Below are positions 10,718 through 21,669 of a stretch of DNA of 34,911 nucleotides, in pieces. The notes beneath the pieces are model-generated. The model worked only from the letters and a program-made list of their open reading frames with translations. It was not told where the DNA came from and did no database searches. Numbering within the stretch: the first letter of the stretch is position 1; each line of letters begins with the position of its first letter. The position numbers and the translations under genes are program-made. This stretch comes from Octopus sinensis (lineage: Eukaryota), in contig NW_021832875.1 of the NCBI RefSeq assembly GCF_006345805.1, positions 1-34,911 on the forward strand. Direction: 5' to 3'.

Positions 10718-11135
10718 CAGGAGTGGCTGTGTGGTAAGTAGCTTGCTAACCAACCACATGGTTCCGGGTTCAGTCTCACTGCGTGGCATCTTGGGCAACT
10801 GTCTTCTGCTATAGCCCCGGGCCGACCAATGCCTTGTGAGTGGATTTGGTAGACGGAAACTGAAAGAAGCCTGTCGTATATATGTATATATATATATTAT
10901 ATATATGTATGTGTGTGTGTGTGTGTCTGTGTTTGTCCCCCTAGCATTGCTTGACAACCAATGCTGGTGTGTTTACGTCCCCGTTACTTAGCGGTTCAGC
11001 AAAAGAGACTGATAGAATAAGTACTGGACTTACAAGGAATAAGTCCCGGGGTCGATTTGCTCGACTAAAGGCGTTGCTCCAGCATGGCCGCAGTCAATTG
11101 ACTGAAACAAGTAAAACAGTAAAAGAGTAAAAGAG
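10718..11135 (+). mobile_element. SINE A, full length, inserted into the (ATC)n tail of a family C copy
   Basis: Complete head, core and tail. Flanked by (ATC)n on the left and the family C body on the right. Confidence 0.9.
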
Positions 11136-11335
11136 TCATTTAATGCTTGTTTTTCATGCTGGCATGGTTGGACAGTTTAATAGGGGCTGGTAAGGTTGGA
11201 GGCCCACACCAGGCTCCATTGTCTATTCTGCCATGGTTTCTATAGCTGGATGCCTTCCTAATGCCAACTATTCCACAGAGTGTGCCAGGTGCTTTTTACG
11301 TGGCACCAGAACCAGTGTTTTTTGTGAGGCACCAT
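11136..11335 (-). mobile_element. Family C (RTE 3' end) copy; its tail lies at 10689-10717
   Basis: Reverse complement of GGCACGTAAAAAGCACC...TTAGGAAGGCATCCAGC...CCATGCCAGCATG. Confidence 0.7.
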
Positions 11336-11459
11336 TAAAAAATGTTATTAAAAGTGTTTTACAAGAAGATAGACTAAATAGGCTTTATTACATATGAGTA
11401 CAATTGTTTCATCACTCCATTACCAGCTGTTCGTTGCTGAATACTGCATAAATTATAAA

Positions 11460-12000
11460 CAACACACACATATATATATATACACCCACACCCACACACA
11501 CACATATATTTATATATATACATATACATATACAAACATATATATTTATATAAATACATATGCAATTATATAAATACATACATATATATATATATATATA
11601 TAGATAGATAGATATACATATATGTATATATATACTATATTATTGTATATATATATATATGTTATATATATATATATGTAGGTATATATGTATTTATATA
11701 ATGTATATATATTTATCTAGCATGGAAAGCGGACGTTAAATGATGATGATGATATGATAAATATGTATATATATATATATATATGTACGTATGTTTATAT
11801 ATGTATGTATATATATATATACACATACATATATAAACATATGTACATACATATATATATATATATACATACCTATATGTGTGTATATATATATATACAT
11901 ATATATATACATATATACACATATATATATATATATATATATATACAAAAATACATATATGTGTGTATGCATAAATGCTTACATACATTGATATATACAT
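11460..12000. repeat. (TA)n/(TACA)n microsatellite with an embedded family C tail (11715-11755)
   Basis: Visible repeats; CTAGCATGGAAAGCGGACGTTAAA(TGA)n. Confidence 0.85.
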
Positions 12001-12111
12001 TGGCCCAAGGCTATAGTAGAAGACACTTGCCCATGGTGCATACAGTGAGACTGAACCTGGAATCATGTGGTTGGGAAGCAAGCTTCTTACCACACAGCCA
12101 CTCCTGCACCT
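12001..12111 (-). mobile_element. SINE A, 5' fragment
   Basis: Reverse complement of the head and core. Confidence 0.85.
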
Positions 12112-12126
12112 ATATATATATGTATA

Positions 12127-12165
<39 letters not shown>

Positions 12166-12732
12166 ACACACACATACAATCACTCTCCTCCCCTCAACCA
12201 ACAACACAGCAATCCACAGCCAGCACACTATCACAGAACTGCAACTACAATTACCACCACCACCACAACCACTACCGCCACTACTACCACCTAAGCTATG
12301 CTCAGGTGCCACCACAGCAGTATGTAGGCTGTATTAATGTAGAGACATAATTAGGAGATAATCCAAACATTGCAAGGTGCAGGTGGGGGGGCGGGGTGGA
12401 GTAGGGGGTGGAGTAGGAGGACAGGAGGACCAGTAAAGTTAATGGTTGCGGTGGTGGCGTTGGTGGTGGTGTTGGTGCTGGTGGTGGTGATGGTGTTAGT
12501 GGTGGTGGTGGTGGTGGTGGTGGTGGTGGTGGTGGTGGTGCTGCTGCTTAGACGTTTTAATGTTGCTGTTGATTAGCTTCTGGTCAAACCAGATGAAACA
12601 AACCTATGATTAAAGCACTCTATCCATGACCAACCCATCTTATTTCCAATCTGATATGTATATATACACGTGAGTAAATATATGTATGTGTATGTGTATA
12701 AATATATATATATATATATATACATATATATA

Positions 12733-13011
12733 TCACCGTGATCACCGTGACCAACCAGGCTATCAGATGTTGCTACACATCGCTGGTCACAATGCGCTTC
12801 GCATTGTTTTAGCCTTTAAATGACACCACCCCGCTGGCTAAGTGAGCAGGCCAACTGAAGAAAGAGTGAGAGAAAGTTGTGGCGAAAGAGTACAGCAGGG
12901 ATCGCCACCACACCCTGCTGGGGCCTCATGGAGCTTAAGGTGTTTTTGCTCAATAAACACTCACAACGTCCAGTCTGGGAATCGAAACTGCGATCCTACA
13001 ACTGCGAGTCC
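12733..13011 (-). mobile_element. tRNA-derived SINE family D, tail type 1
   Basis: Shares GTTTCGATTCCCAGAC...GTGAGTGTTTATTGAGC...GATCCCTGCTGTACTCTTTC with 33024-33377; ends in GGTCACGGTGATCACGGTGA. Confidence 0.8.
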
Positions 13012-13154
13012 AAAACATAGACCAAAACAACTCTTTCTATTTTCTCCATCCAGTTAAGAAGCTTTTTTCTTACCAACAAGAACTGTTTCTGTCTGCATCA
13101 TAAGAATTTAGAAACTTTGAGTGAGTTCGAAATAAATTGCCTTTAATGGTGGGA

Positions 13155-13191
13155 CTCGACAGACAGACAGGCAGACAGACAGACAGACAGG

Positions 13192-13226
<35 letters not shown>

Positions 13227-13262
13227 GCAGACAGGCAGACAGGCAGACAGACAGACGGAAAC

Positions 13263-13314
<52 letters not shown>

Positions 13315-13539
13315 GCAGACAGATAGATAGACAGGCAAGCAGGCAGGCAGGCAGACAGACAGATAGATAGAAAGACAGACAGAGATATAGACAGACAGAC
13401 TGACAGAGAGATAGAGAGACAGACAGATAGACAGACAGATAGACAGACAGAGAGAGAGAGATATAGACAGACAGAAAAACAGACAAATAAGATAGATAGA
13501 TAGGTAGATAGATATATATATATAGATAGATAGAGAGAG

Positions 13540-13592
<53 letters not shown>

Positions 13593-13745
13593 CACAGGGA
13601 GCTAGACAGACAGACTGACAGACAGACTGACAGACAGACAGACAGACTGACTGACAGACAGACTGACAGACATATAGGCAGATAGATAGACTGACAAACT
13701 CATAGATAAACAGACAGATAATGCAGACAGACAGGCAAATAGACA
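13155..13745. repeat. (AGAC)n/(AGAT)n microsatellite
   Basis: Visible repeats. Confidence 0.9.
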
Positions 13746-14056
13746 GATATTGAACTACAAATGTCCTTCCTTCTACAAGACAATAGGATGTTATTTAATA
13801 CCAATCAAGCTATTATTTCTGATCCTGGGAGGCCAAAAAGAGAATAGATGTGCTGCAGGTGTGTGATAGCGGTTGTATGACTTACCTGGTAGTTTAACTA
13901 TGTCAACTAACCACTTAGAAAACTCATCATTGGTTTGTGTATATGTATGTGTATTGTGATGCTGGATGTGTGTATATGACGGAATGTACATCCAAGTTGT
14001 ATATGTGTGTGTGTGAATGTGTGTGTGTATATGTATGTGCATATATATATATATAT

Positions 14057-14385
14057 GTGGCACGTACCGTGCTGGTGGCACATAAAAAGCATCATCCAAT
14101 CATGGCCGTTGCCAGCCTCGCCTGGCCCCCATGCTGGTGGCACGTAAAAAGCACCGTTCGACTGTGGCCGTTTGCCAGCCCCGTCTGGCACCTGTGGCGG
14201 TGGCACGTTAAAAGCATCCACTACACTCACGGAGTGGTTGGCGTTAGGAAGGGCATCCAGCCATAGAAACATTGCCAGATCAGACTGGGCCTGGTGCAAC
14301 CTTCTGGCTTCCCTGACCCCAGTTGAACTGTCCGACCCATGCTAGCATGGAGAGCAGACGCTAAATGATGATGATGATGATGATA
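14057..14385 (+). mobile_element. Family C (RTE 3' end) copy
   Basis: GTGGCAC..AAAAAGCA subunits, GTTGGCGTTAGGAAGGGCATCCAGC and a (TGA)n tail. Confidence 0.85.
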
Positions 14386-14457
14386 CACATATATGTATGT
14401 ATATATACATATATGCATACACACCTACACACTTAATTCAATATCATTTATATTTGT

Positions 14458-14858
14458 AAGGCAAGTGAGCTGGCAGAAACGTTAGCACACCGGGCAAAAT
14501 GCTTAGCGGTATCTCGTCTGCCGCTGCATTCTGAGTTCAAATTCAGCCGAGGTCAACTTTGCCTTTTATCCTTTCGGGGTCTATTAAATAAGTACCAGTT
14601 ATGCACTGGGGTCAATATAATTGACTTAATCTGTTTGTCTGTCCTTGTTTGTCCTCTCTGTGTTTAGCCCCTTGTGGGTAGTAAAGAAATAGGTATTTTG
14701 TCTGCCGCTACATTCTGAGTTCAAATTCCACCAAGGTCGACATTGCCTTTCATCTTATGGGGTTGATAAATTAAGTACCAGTTGCATACTGGTGTTGATT
14801 TGATTGACTGCCTCCCCACCTCCCCCCAAATTTCAGACCTTGTGCCTAGAGTAGAAAC
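14458..14858 (+). mobile_element. SINE B full copy (14458-14692) plus tandem partial copy with a different tail (14693-14858)
   Basis: GAGCTGGCAGAAACGTTAGC head. Second GAGTTCAAATTCC body ends CCCCCAAATTTCAGACCTTGTGCCTAGAGTAGAAAC. Confidence 0.8.
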
Positions 14859-15050
14859 GGATATCATTTATGTTTGTGAATATGTATAAATAAATCATTA
14901 TCATCTAATGTGTATGTATGTATATAATGCATACAATTTATATATATTTATACTAACACACTATATGTTTATATGTATACATATTTATACTAACATGCCA
15001 CATGTCTATATGCTTAAATATATATATATATATATATAATATATATATTT

Positions 15051-15222
15051 AAGTAGCTTGCTTATGAACCACATAGTTCCAGGTTCAATTCTACTGCGTG
15101 GCACCTTGGTCAAGTGTATTCTACTATAGCCTCGGGCCGACCAAAGCCTTGTGAGTGGATCTGGTCGACGGAAACTGAAAGAAGCCCATTGTATACATAT
15201 ATATATATATACAATGGGCTTG

Positions 15223-15259
<37 letters not shown>

Positions 15260-15480
15260 GTCTGTATATGTTTGTGTGTCTGTGTTTGTCCTCGCAACAT
15301 TGCTTGACAACATATACTGGTGCGTTTACATCCCCATAACTTAGCAGTTCAGCAAAAGAGGCTGATAGAATAAGTACTTGGCTTAGAAAGAATAAGTCCT
15401 AGGGTCGATTTGCTCAACTAAAAGGCAGTGCTCCAGCATGGCCACAGTCAAATGGCTGAAACAAGTAAAAGAGTAAAAGA
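15051..15480 (+). mobile_element. SINE A, nearly full length
   Basis: Core and tail present; lacks the first ~20 nt. Confidence 0.85.
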
Positions 15481-15599
15481 ATATATGTATATGTGTATAT
15501 GTATATACATATATTCTATACAAATGTATATATAGATATACATTTATACACATACATGTATGCATATATACATACATACATATACATATATATATATTT

Positions 15600-15652
15600 T
15601 TTTTTATTTTATCTAGTTTCAGCTCACGAGCTGTGGCCATGCTGGGGCATTG
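15600..15652 (-). mobile_element. Orphan retroposon 3' tail
   Basis: Minus strand GCCCCAGCATGGCCACAGCTCGTGAGCTGAAACTAGATAAAATAAAAAA. Confidence 0.6.
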
Positions 15653-15669
15653 CCATATATATATATATG

Positions 15670-15873
15670 TGACCACGTGTGTACCGTTAACGATTTTTTT
15701 CCCTCTGTCTTCCCTTCAATGGATCTTTCCTTCTCCTATGTTTCCGACAAAGAGCTCCGCTCGAAACGTTAAACCCTCCTTCTTTCCTTTTTTCCTGAGC
15801 GTCCAATAATACTATATTTGTTCCACGTCCTCGCGTTGTTGCGTTTTTTTGTGTGCTTCTTGTTTGGATAACT
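15670..15873 (+). mobile_element. Penelope-like solo terminal repeat between (TA)n tracts
   Basis: Contains a minimal HHR-like motif; related to 8931-9143. Confidence 0.55.
15740..15774 (+). ncRNA. Minimal type I HHR-like motif, degenerate core
   Basis: GTTT-CCGACAA-A-GAGC(TCC)GCTC-GAAA-CGT-T-AAAC: stem I GTTT/AAAC, palindromic ACGT stem III, U4 to C and G8 to A. Confidence 0.45.
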
Positions 15874-15876
15874 TAA

Positions 15877-15924
<48 letters not shown>

Positions 15925-16529
15925 TTATATATATAATACATATATACATACATATATTAATAATTACACACATATTCTTATGTATACACACACCATCACC
16001 ACCACCACCTCCTCCACTGCCACCAACACTTCCCTCACCTCACCACCACCATCATACATTAATTCAGCAAACACTGAGATGTTCTGTTCTTGATGTCATC
16101 AATTGTCTGATTCTTGTCAACCCTGAAATACGCCACTAATATGAACATAGGCAAAAGATAAGCTTAAACATGGATGCACGAATGGCTGTGCAAGTTGTCA
16201 TCATCACATCATAATATCAGTGCTTGAAGGGCGGAATTACAACACCTGGGAGCAACAGATAGCGCTACTAAAGAAATTCTACTGCTGCAGCCAAAATTAC
16301 AAAAAGAAAAAGTACAGAAAGGATACAAAAAAATAATAATAATAAAAAAAATATAAATGGAATAGAATCACAATAGAAGTAAAATAAATACATAACTAAA
16401 CAAAATACCCAAAAATATATATATATAATAAATTAGCACAAATGAAATTGAGAGAATTAAAGGAAAACAAAGAATTCTTTTTGCGTTCTGGAAGGAACTC
16501 GTGATTGGATGATGATGACAATAATGATG

Positions 16530-16657
16530 AATGTATATGTATGCATGAATATATATATATATATATATATGTATGTTTATACATACATACATACATAAAT
16601 ATATATATAATATAATATATATATATATATAATATATATATAAAATATATATATAAT

Positions 16658-16735
<78 letters not shown>

Positions 16736-16961
16736 CGTATGTACACATATATATGTATGTATGTATGTGCATGTGTATGTATACACACACACATACATAT
16801 ACATAAATATATGTATGTAGACAGTTGTTTTATACAAAATCATATATACATGTATGCATTTATACATACATGTAAATATGAATGTTAATGTGTATAAATA
16901 TAACCAGTTCTCCCTCCCATTTGCTCTCTCTCTCCCTCTCCCTCTCTCTACAGAGACACAT

Positions 16962-17003
<42 letters not shown>

Positions 17004-17200
17004 ATTGTACAGCAACTTAGTTACATACATACATACATGCATACATGCATACATACATATACATATACATATGTTGATATACAACCAAATGTACACAGAT
17101 ATATACACACATTATATAAACTGTGTATATATTAAGTACTCCTATCTTATAACACTGACATGAACTACATACATACGAATATATATCTACAAATTATACC
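16530..17200. repeat. (TA)n/(TACA)n/(CT)n microsatellites
   Basis: Visible repeats. Confidence 0.85.
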
Positions 17201-17257
17201 ATCATATATGTTTGTGTGTGTTTGTGTGCCCGTGTGCATGTATGTATACACACACAC

Positions 17258-17535
17258 ATCATCATCATCATCATCATCGTTTAGCGTCCGTTTTCCATGC
17301 TAGCATGGGTTGGACGGTTCTACTGGGGTCTGTGAAGCCAGAAGGCTTCATCAGGCCCAGTCAAATCTGGCAGTGTTTCTACGGCTGGATGCCCTTCCTA
17401 ACGCCAACCACTCCGAGAGTGTAGTGGGTGCTTTTTACGTGCCACCCGCACAGGTGCCAGACAGAGCTGGCAAACGGCCACGAACGGATGGTGCTTTTTA
17501 TGTGCCACCGGCACGAGGGCCAGACGAGGCTGGAT
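17258..17535 (-). mobile_element. Family C (RTE 3' end) copy
   Basis: (ATC)n tail followed by GTTTAGCGTCCGTTTTCCATGCTAGCATGGG...GTGCTTTTTACGTGCCACC. Confidence 0.85.
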
Positions 17536-17555
17536 ATATATATATATATATATAT

Positions 17556-17757
17556 AAGTAAATGAAAGAATGGAGTTGAACAACTAGTTAACAAATATCC
17601 TTTATTCTCGACATATGTTTCGAAGGCTGCATATTCCTAATTCCGAAGGAATAAGGAGTACATTATGCAGATTTCTCTTCAGGAAAATCAAGGAACTTAT
17701 GTCGACATCAAAATGCACAAAAAACTTTTAGCTGACCGCTCTCAAGGAGCCCATGGC
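17556..17757 (-). mobile_element. Penelope-like solo terminal repeat between (TA)n tracts
   Basis: Carries the intact HHR; homologous to 21215-21352. Confidence 0.6.
17599..17693 (-). ncRNA. Type I hammerhead ribozyme with complete canonical core
   Basis: CCTTGATTTTC-CTGAAGA-[54-nt stem II]-GAAA-CATATG-TC-GAGAATAAAGG. All conserved core nucleotides present, with a GUC cleavage triplet at 17612-17610. Confidence 0.75.
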
Positions 17758-17913
17758 TATATATATATATATAAATATATAGACAGAAATACATAAATGC
17801 GTACATATATATATGCATGTGTGTGTGTGCATGCTTTGTTTCCTTTTCAAAAATGCCAAGAAAATACTCAACAGATCTTGTACAGAATAATTATTGTTTC
17901 AATGCATGCAACT

Positions 17914-18142
17914 GCCTTCGAGCTGGCAGAAACGTTAGCACGCCGGGCGAAATGCGTAGCTGTATTTCGTCTGCTGTTACGTTCTGAGTTCAAATTCCGC
18001 CGATGTCGACTTTGCCTTTCATCCTTTCGGGGTCGATAAATTAAGCACCAATTACGCACTGGGGTTGATGTAATCGACTTAATCCGTTTGTCTGTCCTTG
18101 TTTGTCTCCTCTGTGTTTAGCCCCTTGTGGGTAGTAAAGAAA
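17914..18142 (+). mobile_element. SINE B, full length
   Basis: Head GAGCTGGCAGAAACGTTAGCACGCCGGGCG to tail GTAGTAAAGAAAC. Confidence 0.9.
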
Positions 18143-18257
18143 CGAATATTCATTTAATATTCATACTTATACATGACACACATATTACCAGGTCATCAAA
18201 AGCGTTCTTTTTCCAAAAACATTAAAAATAATCAATTCAGTATTAATACCTCCCTAT

Positions 18258-18650
18258 ATAGGCGTGTGGTAAGTAGCTTGCTTACTATCCACATGGTTCC
18301 GGGTTCAGTCCCACTGCGTGGCACCTTGGGCAAGTGTCTTCTACTGTAGCCTCAGGCCAACCAAAGCCTTGTGAGTGGATTTGGTGGACGGAAACTGAAA
18401 GAAGCTCGTCGTATATATGTATGTATATATATATGTTTGTGTGTCTGTGTTTGTCCCCCTAGCATTGCTTGAAACCGATGCTGGTGTGTTTACGTCCCCG
18501 TAACTTTGCAGTTCGGCAAAAGAGACCGATAGAATAAGTACTGGGCTTACAAAGAATAAGTCCCGGGGTCGATTTGCTCGACTAAAGGCGGTGCTCCAGC
18601 ATGGCCACAGTCAAATGACTGAAACAAGTAAAAGAGTAAAGAGTAAAGAG
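18258..18650 (+). mobile_element. SINE A, full length
   Basis: Head with a small deletion, core and tail. Confidence 0.9.
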
Positions 18651-18909
18651 TATATGATTTGTTATCGCAGTTCATGTGATTTCTGTATATTAATTTTTCA
18701 AGGAAGAGCTCTTTCCTTCTCGAGATAAGTTACAATGTAAACGACATTAATAATTACCAAGGAAAATTACTCTAACAGAATTTTCTTGTCTTTTCAAAGA
18801 CAATTTTTTAAATTTGTTCTTTCGTTTTCACTTTTTTGCCAAAACTTAGACCTAAATTTCCCATTTATCTAGTTTATGGTTGAAATCTGACTGGCACAGT
18901 GAGATATTC

Positions 18910-19048
18910 TTTTTCTTGTTTCAGTCGTTGGACTGAGGCCATGTTGGGGTACTACGTTGGAAAGTTTTGTTTAAGAAAGCTGCCCCAGTATTGATTTAAA
19001 GCCTGGCGCATCTTCTATTTGTTGCTTTTGTCAAACCTTTAAGTTAAC
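18910..19048 (-). mobile_element. Old diverged SINE A-related 3' part
   Basis: TCTTGTTTCAGTCGTTGGACTGAGGCCATG is the reverse complement of the shared tail. Confidence 0.55.
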
Positions 19049-19064
19049 TCTCTGCAACCCTCTC

Positions 19065-19315
19065 CCGCTGAGCATCCCTAATCTTGCGGGCCCTTGGGTG
19101 CTGGTGTCATGTAAAAAGCACCCATGCTGGTGCTGTGTAAAAGCATTCAGTACACTCTGTAAAGTGGTTGGCATTAGGAAGGGCATCCAGCCATAGAAAC
19201 CATACCAAAGCAGACATGGGGCCTGAACAGTCCTTCAGCTGGTCAGCTCCAGTCAAACAGTCCGATCTATACCAGCATAGAAATGGAAGTTAAATGATGA
19301 TAATGATGATGATAT
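19065..19315 (+). mobile_element. Diverged family C copy
   Basis: GTAAAAAGCACC, GTTGGCATTAGGAAGGGCATCCAGC and a (TGA)n tail. Confidence 0.7.
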
Positions 19316-19327
19316 ACATAGAGTATA

Positions 19328-19703
19328 TAGGCGCAGAAGTGGCTGTGTGGTAAGTAGCTTGTTAACCAGCCACATGGTTCCGGGTTCAGTGGGCAAGTGT
19401 CTTCTGCTATAGCCTCGGGCTGACCAAAGCCTTGTGAGTGGATTTGGTAGACGGAAACTGAAAGGAGCCTGTCATATATATATATATGTGTGTGTATATG
19501 TTTGTGTGTCTGTGTTTGTCCCTCTAGCATTGCTTGACAACCGATGCTGGTGTGTTTACGTCCCCGTCACTTAGCGGTTCGGCAAAAGAGACCGATAGAA
19601 TAAGTACTGGGCTTACAAAAGAATAAGTCCCGGGGTCGATTTGCTCGACTAAAGGCAGTGCTCCAGCATGGCCACAGTCAAATGAGTAAAAGAGTAAAAG
19701 AGT
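19328..19703 (+). mobile_element. SINE A, full length with a short internal deletion
   Basis: GGGTTCAGT is joined directly to GGGCAAGTG. Confidence 0.9.
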
Positions 19704-20351
19704 ATAGAGTATTTAATTCGTAAATTGCTGGTCCAACAAAATATGTTCTGTTTCACTTATGGTTTAGTAGAATAAGATTATGGATTAAATATTTTATTCC
19801 CTCTAAGACTAACCTTTCAGTACAGTATTCTTAGTTGCAGGACGTAGCTACCTTTTGAAACTATCACCTCCGAGAACACACAAATGCATACGCACATACA
19901 CACACACACACTCATTTACATATATAAATTATTAGGAATCTAAACAAGTGGAGTAACAGAAGAAATGAAATTGAAAATGCACAGAGATATAAATTAGAAT
20001 TAATTAAAATTTAATTACATTTTAAAATATAGAAATCCACTTGACTAATTTTACATTAGATTCTCAAAAGTGTATAATAGATGGAGCTGCGCCACAAATT
20101 ATGTCTATTCTGGGCATTGTTATGAAAATAGTTGGTTTTTAAAATTGGAATGTGGCTCCCTCTATATTTCTTTCTTTCTTTCTTTCTTTCTTTCTTGCTT
20201 GCTTTCTTTCTCCCTCTCTCCCTCCTTCCCTCCCTCTCTCAGTATATACATATTTATATATATATTACATTCAAATAAGAGGGGATGACCACCACGTGGA
20301 CATACATGATGCTAGAAGTAGATCCGCTATGGTCTTACCACTAAGAAAGGA

Positions 20352-20575
20352 ATACTCTCTTTACTCTTTTCTCTCTTTTACTTGTTTCAGTCACTTGACA
20401 GTGGCCATGCTGGAGCACCGCCTTTAGTTGAGCAAATTGACCCCAGAACCTATTCTTTGTAAACCTAGTACTTATTCTATCAGTCTCTTTTGCCGAACCA
20501 CTAAGTTACGGGGATGTAAATACACCGGCATCGGTTGTCAAGCAATTTGGGGGAACAAACACAGATACACAACAT
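20352..20575 (-). mobile_element. SINE A, 3' half
   Basis: Reverse complement of the tail and 3' body. Confidence 0.85.
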
Positions 20576-20577
20576 AT

Positions 20578-20679
<102 letters not shown>

Positions 20680-21207
20680 GTTTGGTGGTCTGTGACCAGT
20701 CTCATCCATCACAGATCTTTGGATCCTGGCGAAACCATTATGGCAGAGTACTGTCAGCAAATGGGTGAAATGCATAAAAAAATCTGACAACAACAGCCAG
20801 CATTGGTCAATAGAAAAGGACCAATTCTTCTCCATCACAATGCTTGGCCGCACGTCGCACAACTGACCCTGTAGAAGTTGGAAAATTGGGCTACGAAACT
20901 CTGTCTCATCCGCTATACTCACCAGACCTCTTGCCTACTGACTACCACTTTTTCAAGCATCTCCACAACTTCCTACGTGAGAAATGCTTCAAAAACCAAG
21001 ACGATGCCAAACACCCCTCAACGAATTCATCCCCCACCAGAATGCAGGATTTTTATGCTACTGGCATAAATAAACTTGTTTCGCGTTGGCAAATGTGTGT
21101 TGATTCTGATGGTGTTTATTTCGATTAATAAAATTTTGTTTGAGCCAAGATATGTACATCTGAATTGAAAGGTTAAAAACTACAAGAACTTTCTTGACAA
21201 CCTAATA
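20680..21207 (+). mobile_element. Hsmar1-like mariner, 3' half with right TIR (decayed)
   Basis: VWWS..LIH..LDPGETI...PALVNRKGPILLHHNAWPHVAQ, frameshift, then LGYETLSHPLYSPDLLPTDYHFFKHL...GINKLVSRWQMCVDSDGVYFD*. TIR AAAACTACAAGAACTTTCTTGACAACCTAA plus TA at ~21176-21207. Has an in-frame stop, and the second catalytic D is changed to H. Confidence 0.9.
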
Positions 21208-21214
21208 TATATAT

Positions 21215-21352
21215 ATAGAGGCTCTCTTTCTTTCCTTATGAGAAGATTGCATCTTGCACCATTTATTCCTTTGGAATATAACCATGTTGTCTTCGAAACA
21301 TATGTCGAGAGTAAAGGAATTTTGTTAACATCTTCATTCAACTCCATTTATT
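21215..21352 (+). mobile_element. Penelope-like terminal repeat, sister of 17556-17757
   Basis: Reverse complement aligns along its length with ~17565-17695. Confidence 0.6.
21224..21317 (+). ncRNA. Type I HHR, one core substitution (G5 to U)
   Basis: CTTTC-CTTATGA-GAAGA...TCTTC-GAAA-CATATG-TC-GAGAG. Confidence 0.6.
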
Positions 21353-21502
21353 TACTTATTCATATATAACACACAAATTTCTTCACATGAACCCGGACAG
21401 GTCACTTCAACCGTGTTTCTGACGTGAATTTGCTACCCTGGTATCAGTTCATGGAATTTTCCATGTTGACGGTAAACATAGGATAATTCATTCACCTATC
21501 GA

Positions 21503-21571
<69 letters not shown>

Positions 21572-21587
21572 TAGATAGATAGATACG

Positions 21588-21618
<31 letters not shown>

Positions 21619-21669
21619 CCACACATATTCATATGCATATATATAAAACACGCATGTGTGTGTGATTGA

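Noticed and set aside
13074-13140. Candidate minus-strand micro-exon (AAG acceptor, TTG|GTAAGA donor; [22 protein letters not shown])
   Set aside because: Weak acceptor whose pyrimidine tract is a microsatellite, no recognisable homology, and no transcript evidence. RNA-seq junction reads would decide.
13880-13888. Perfect CAG|GTAAGT donor on the minus strand
   Set aside because: About 0.3 such 9-mers are expected by chance in 70 kb of both strands at uniform composition. There is no convincing upstream acceptor or exon.
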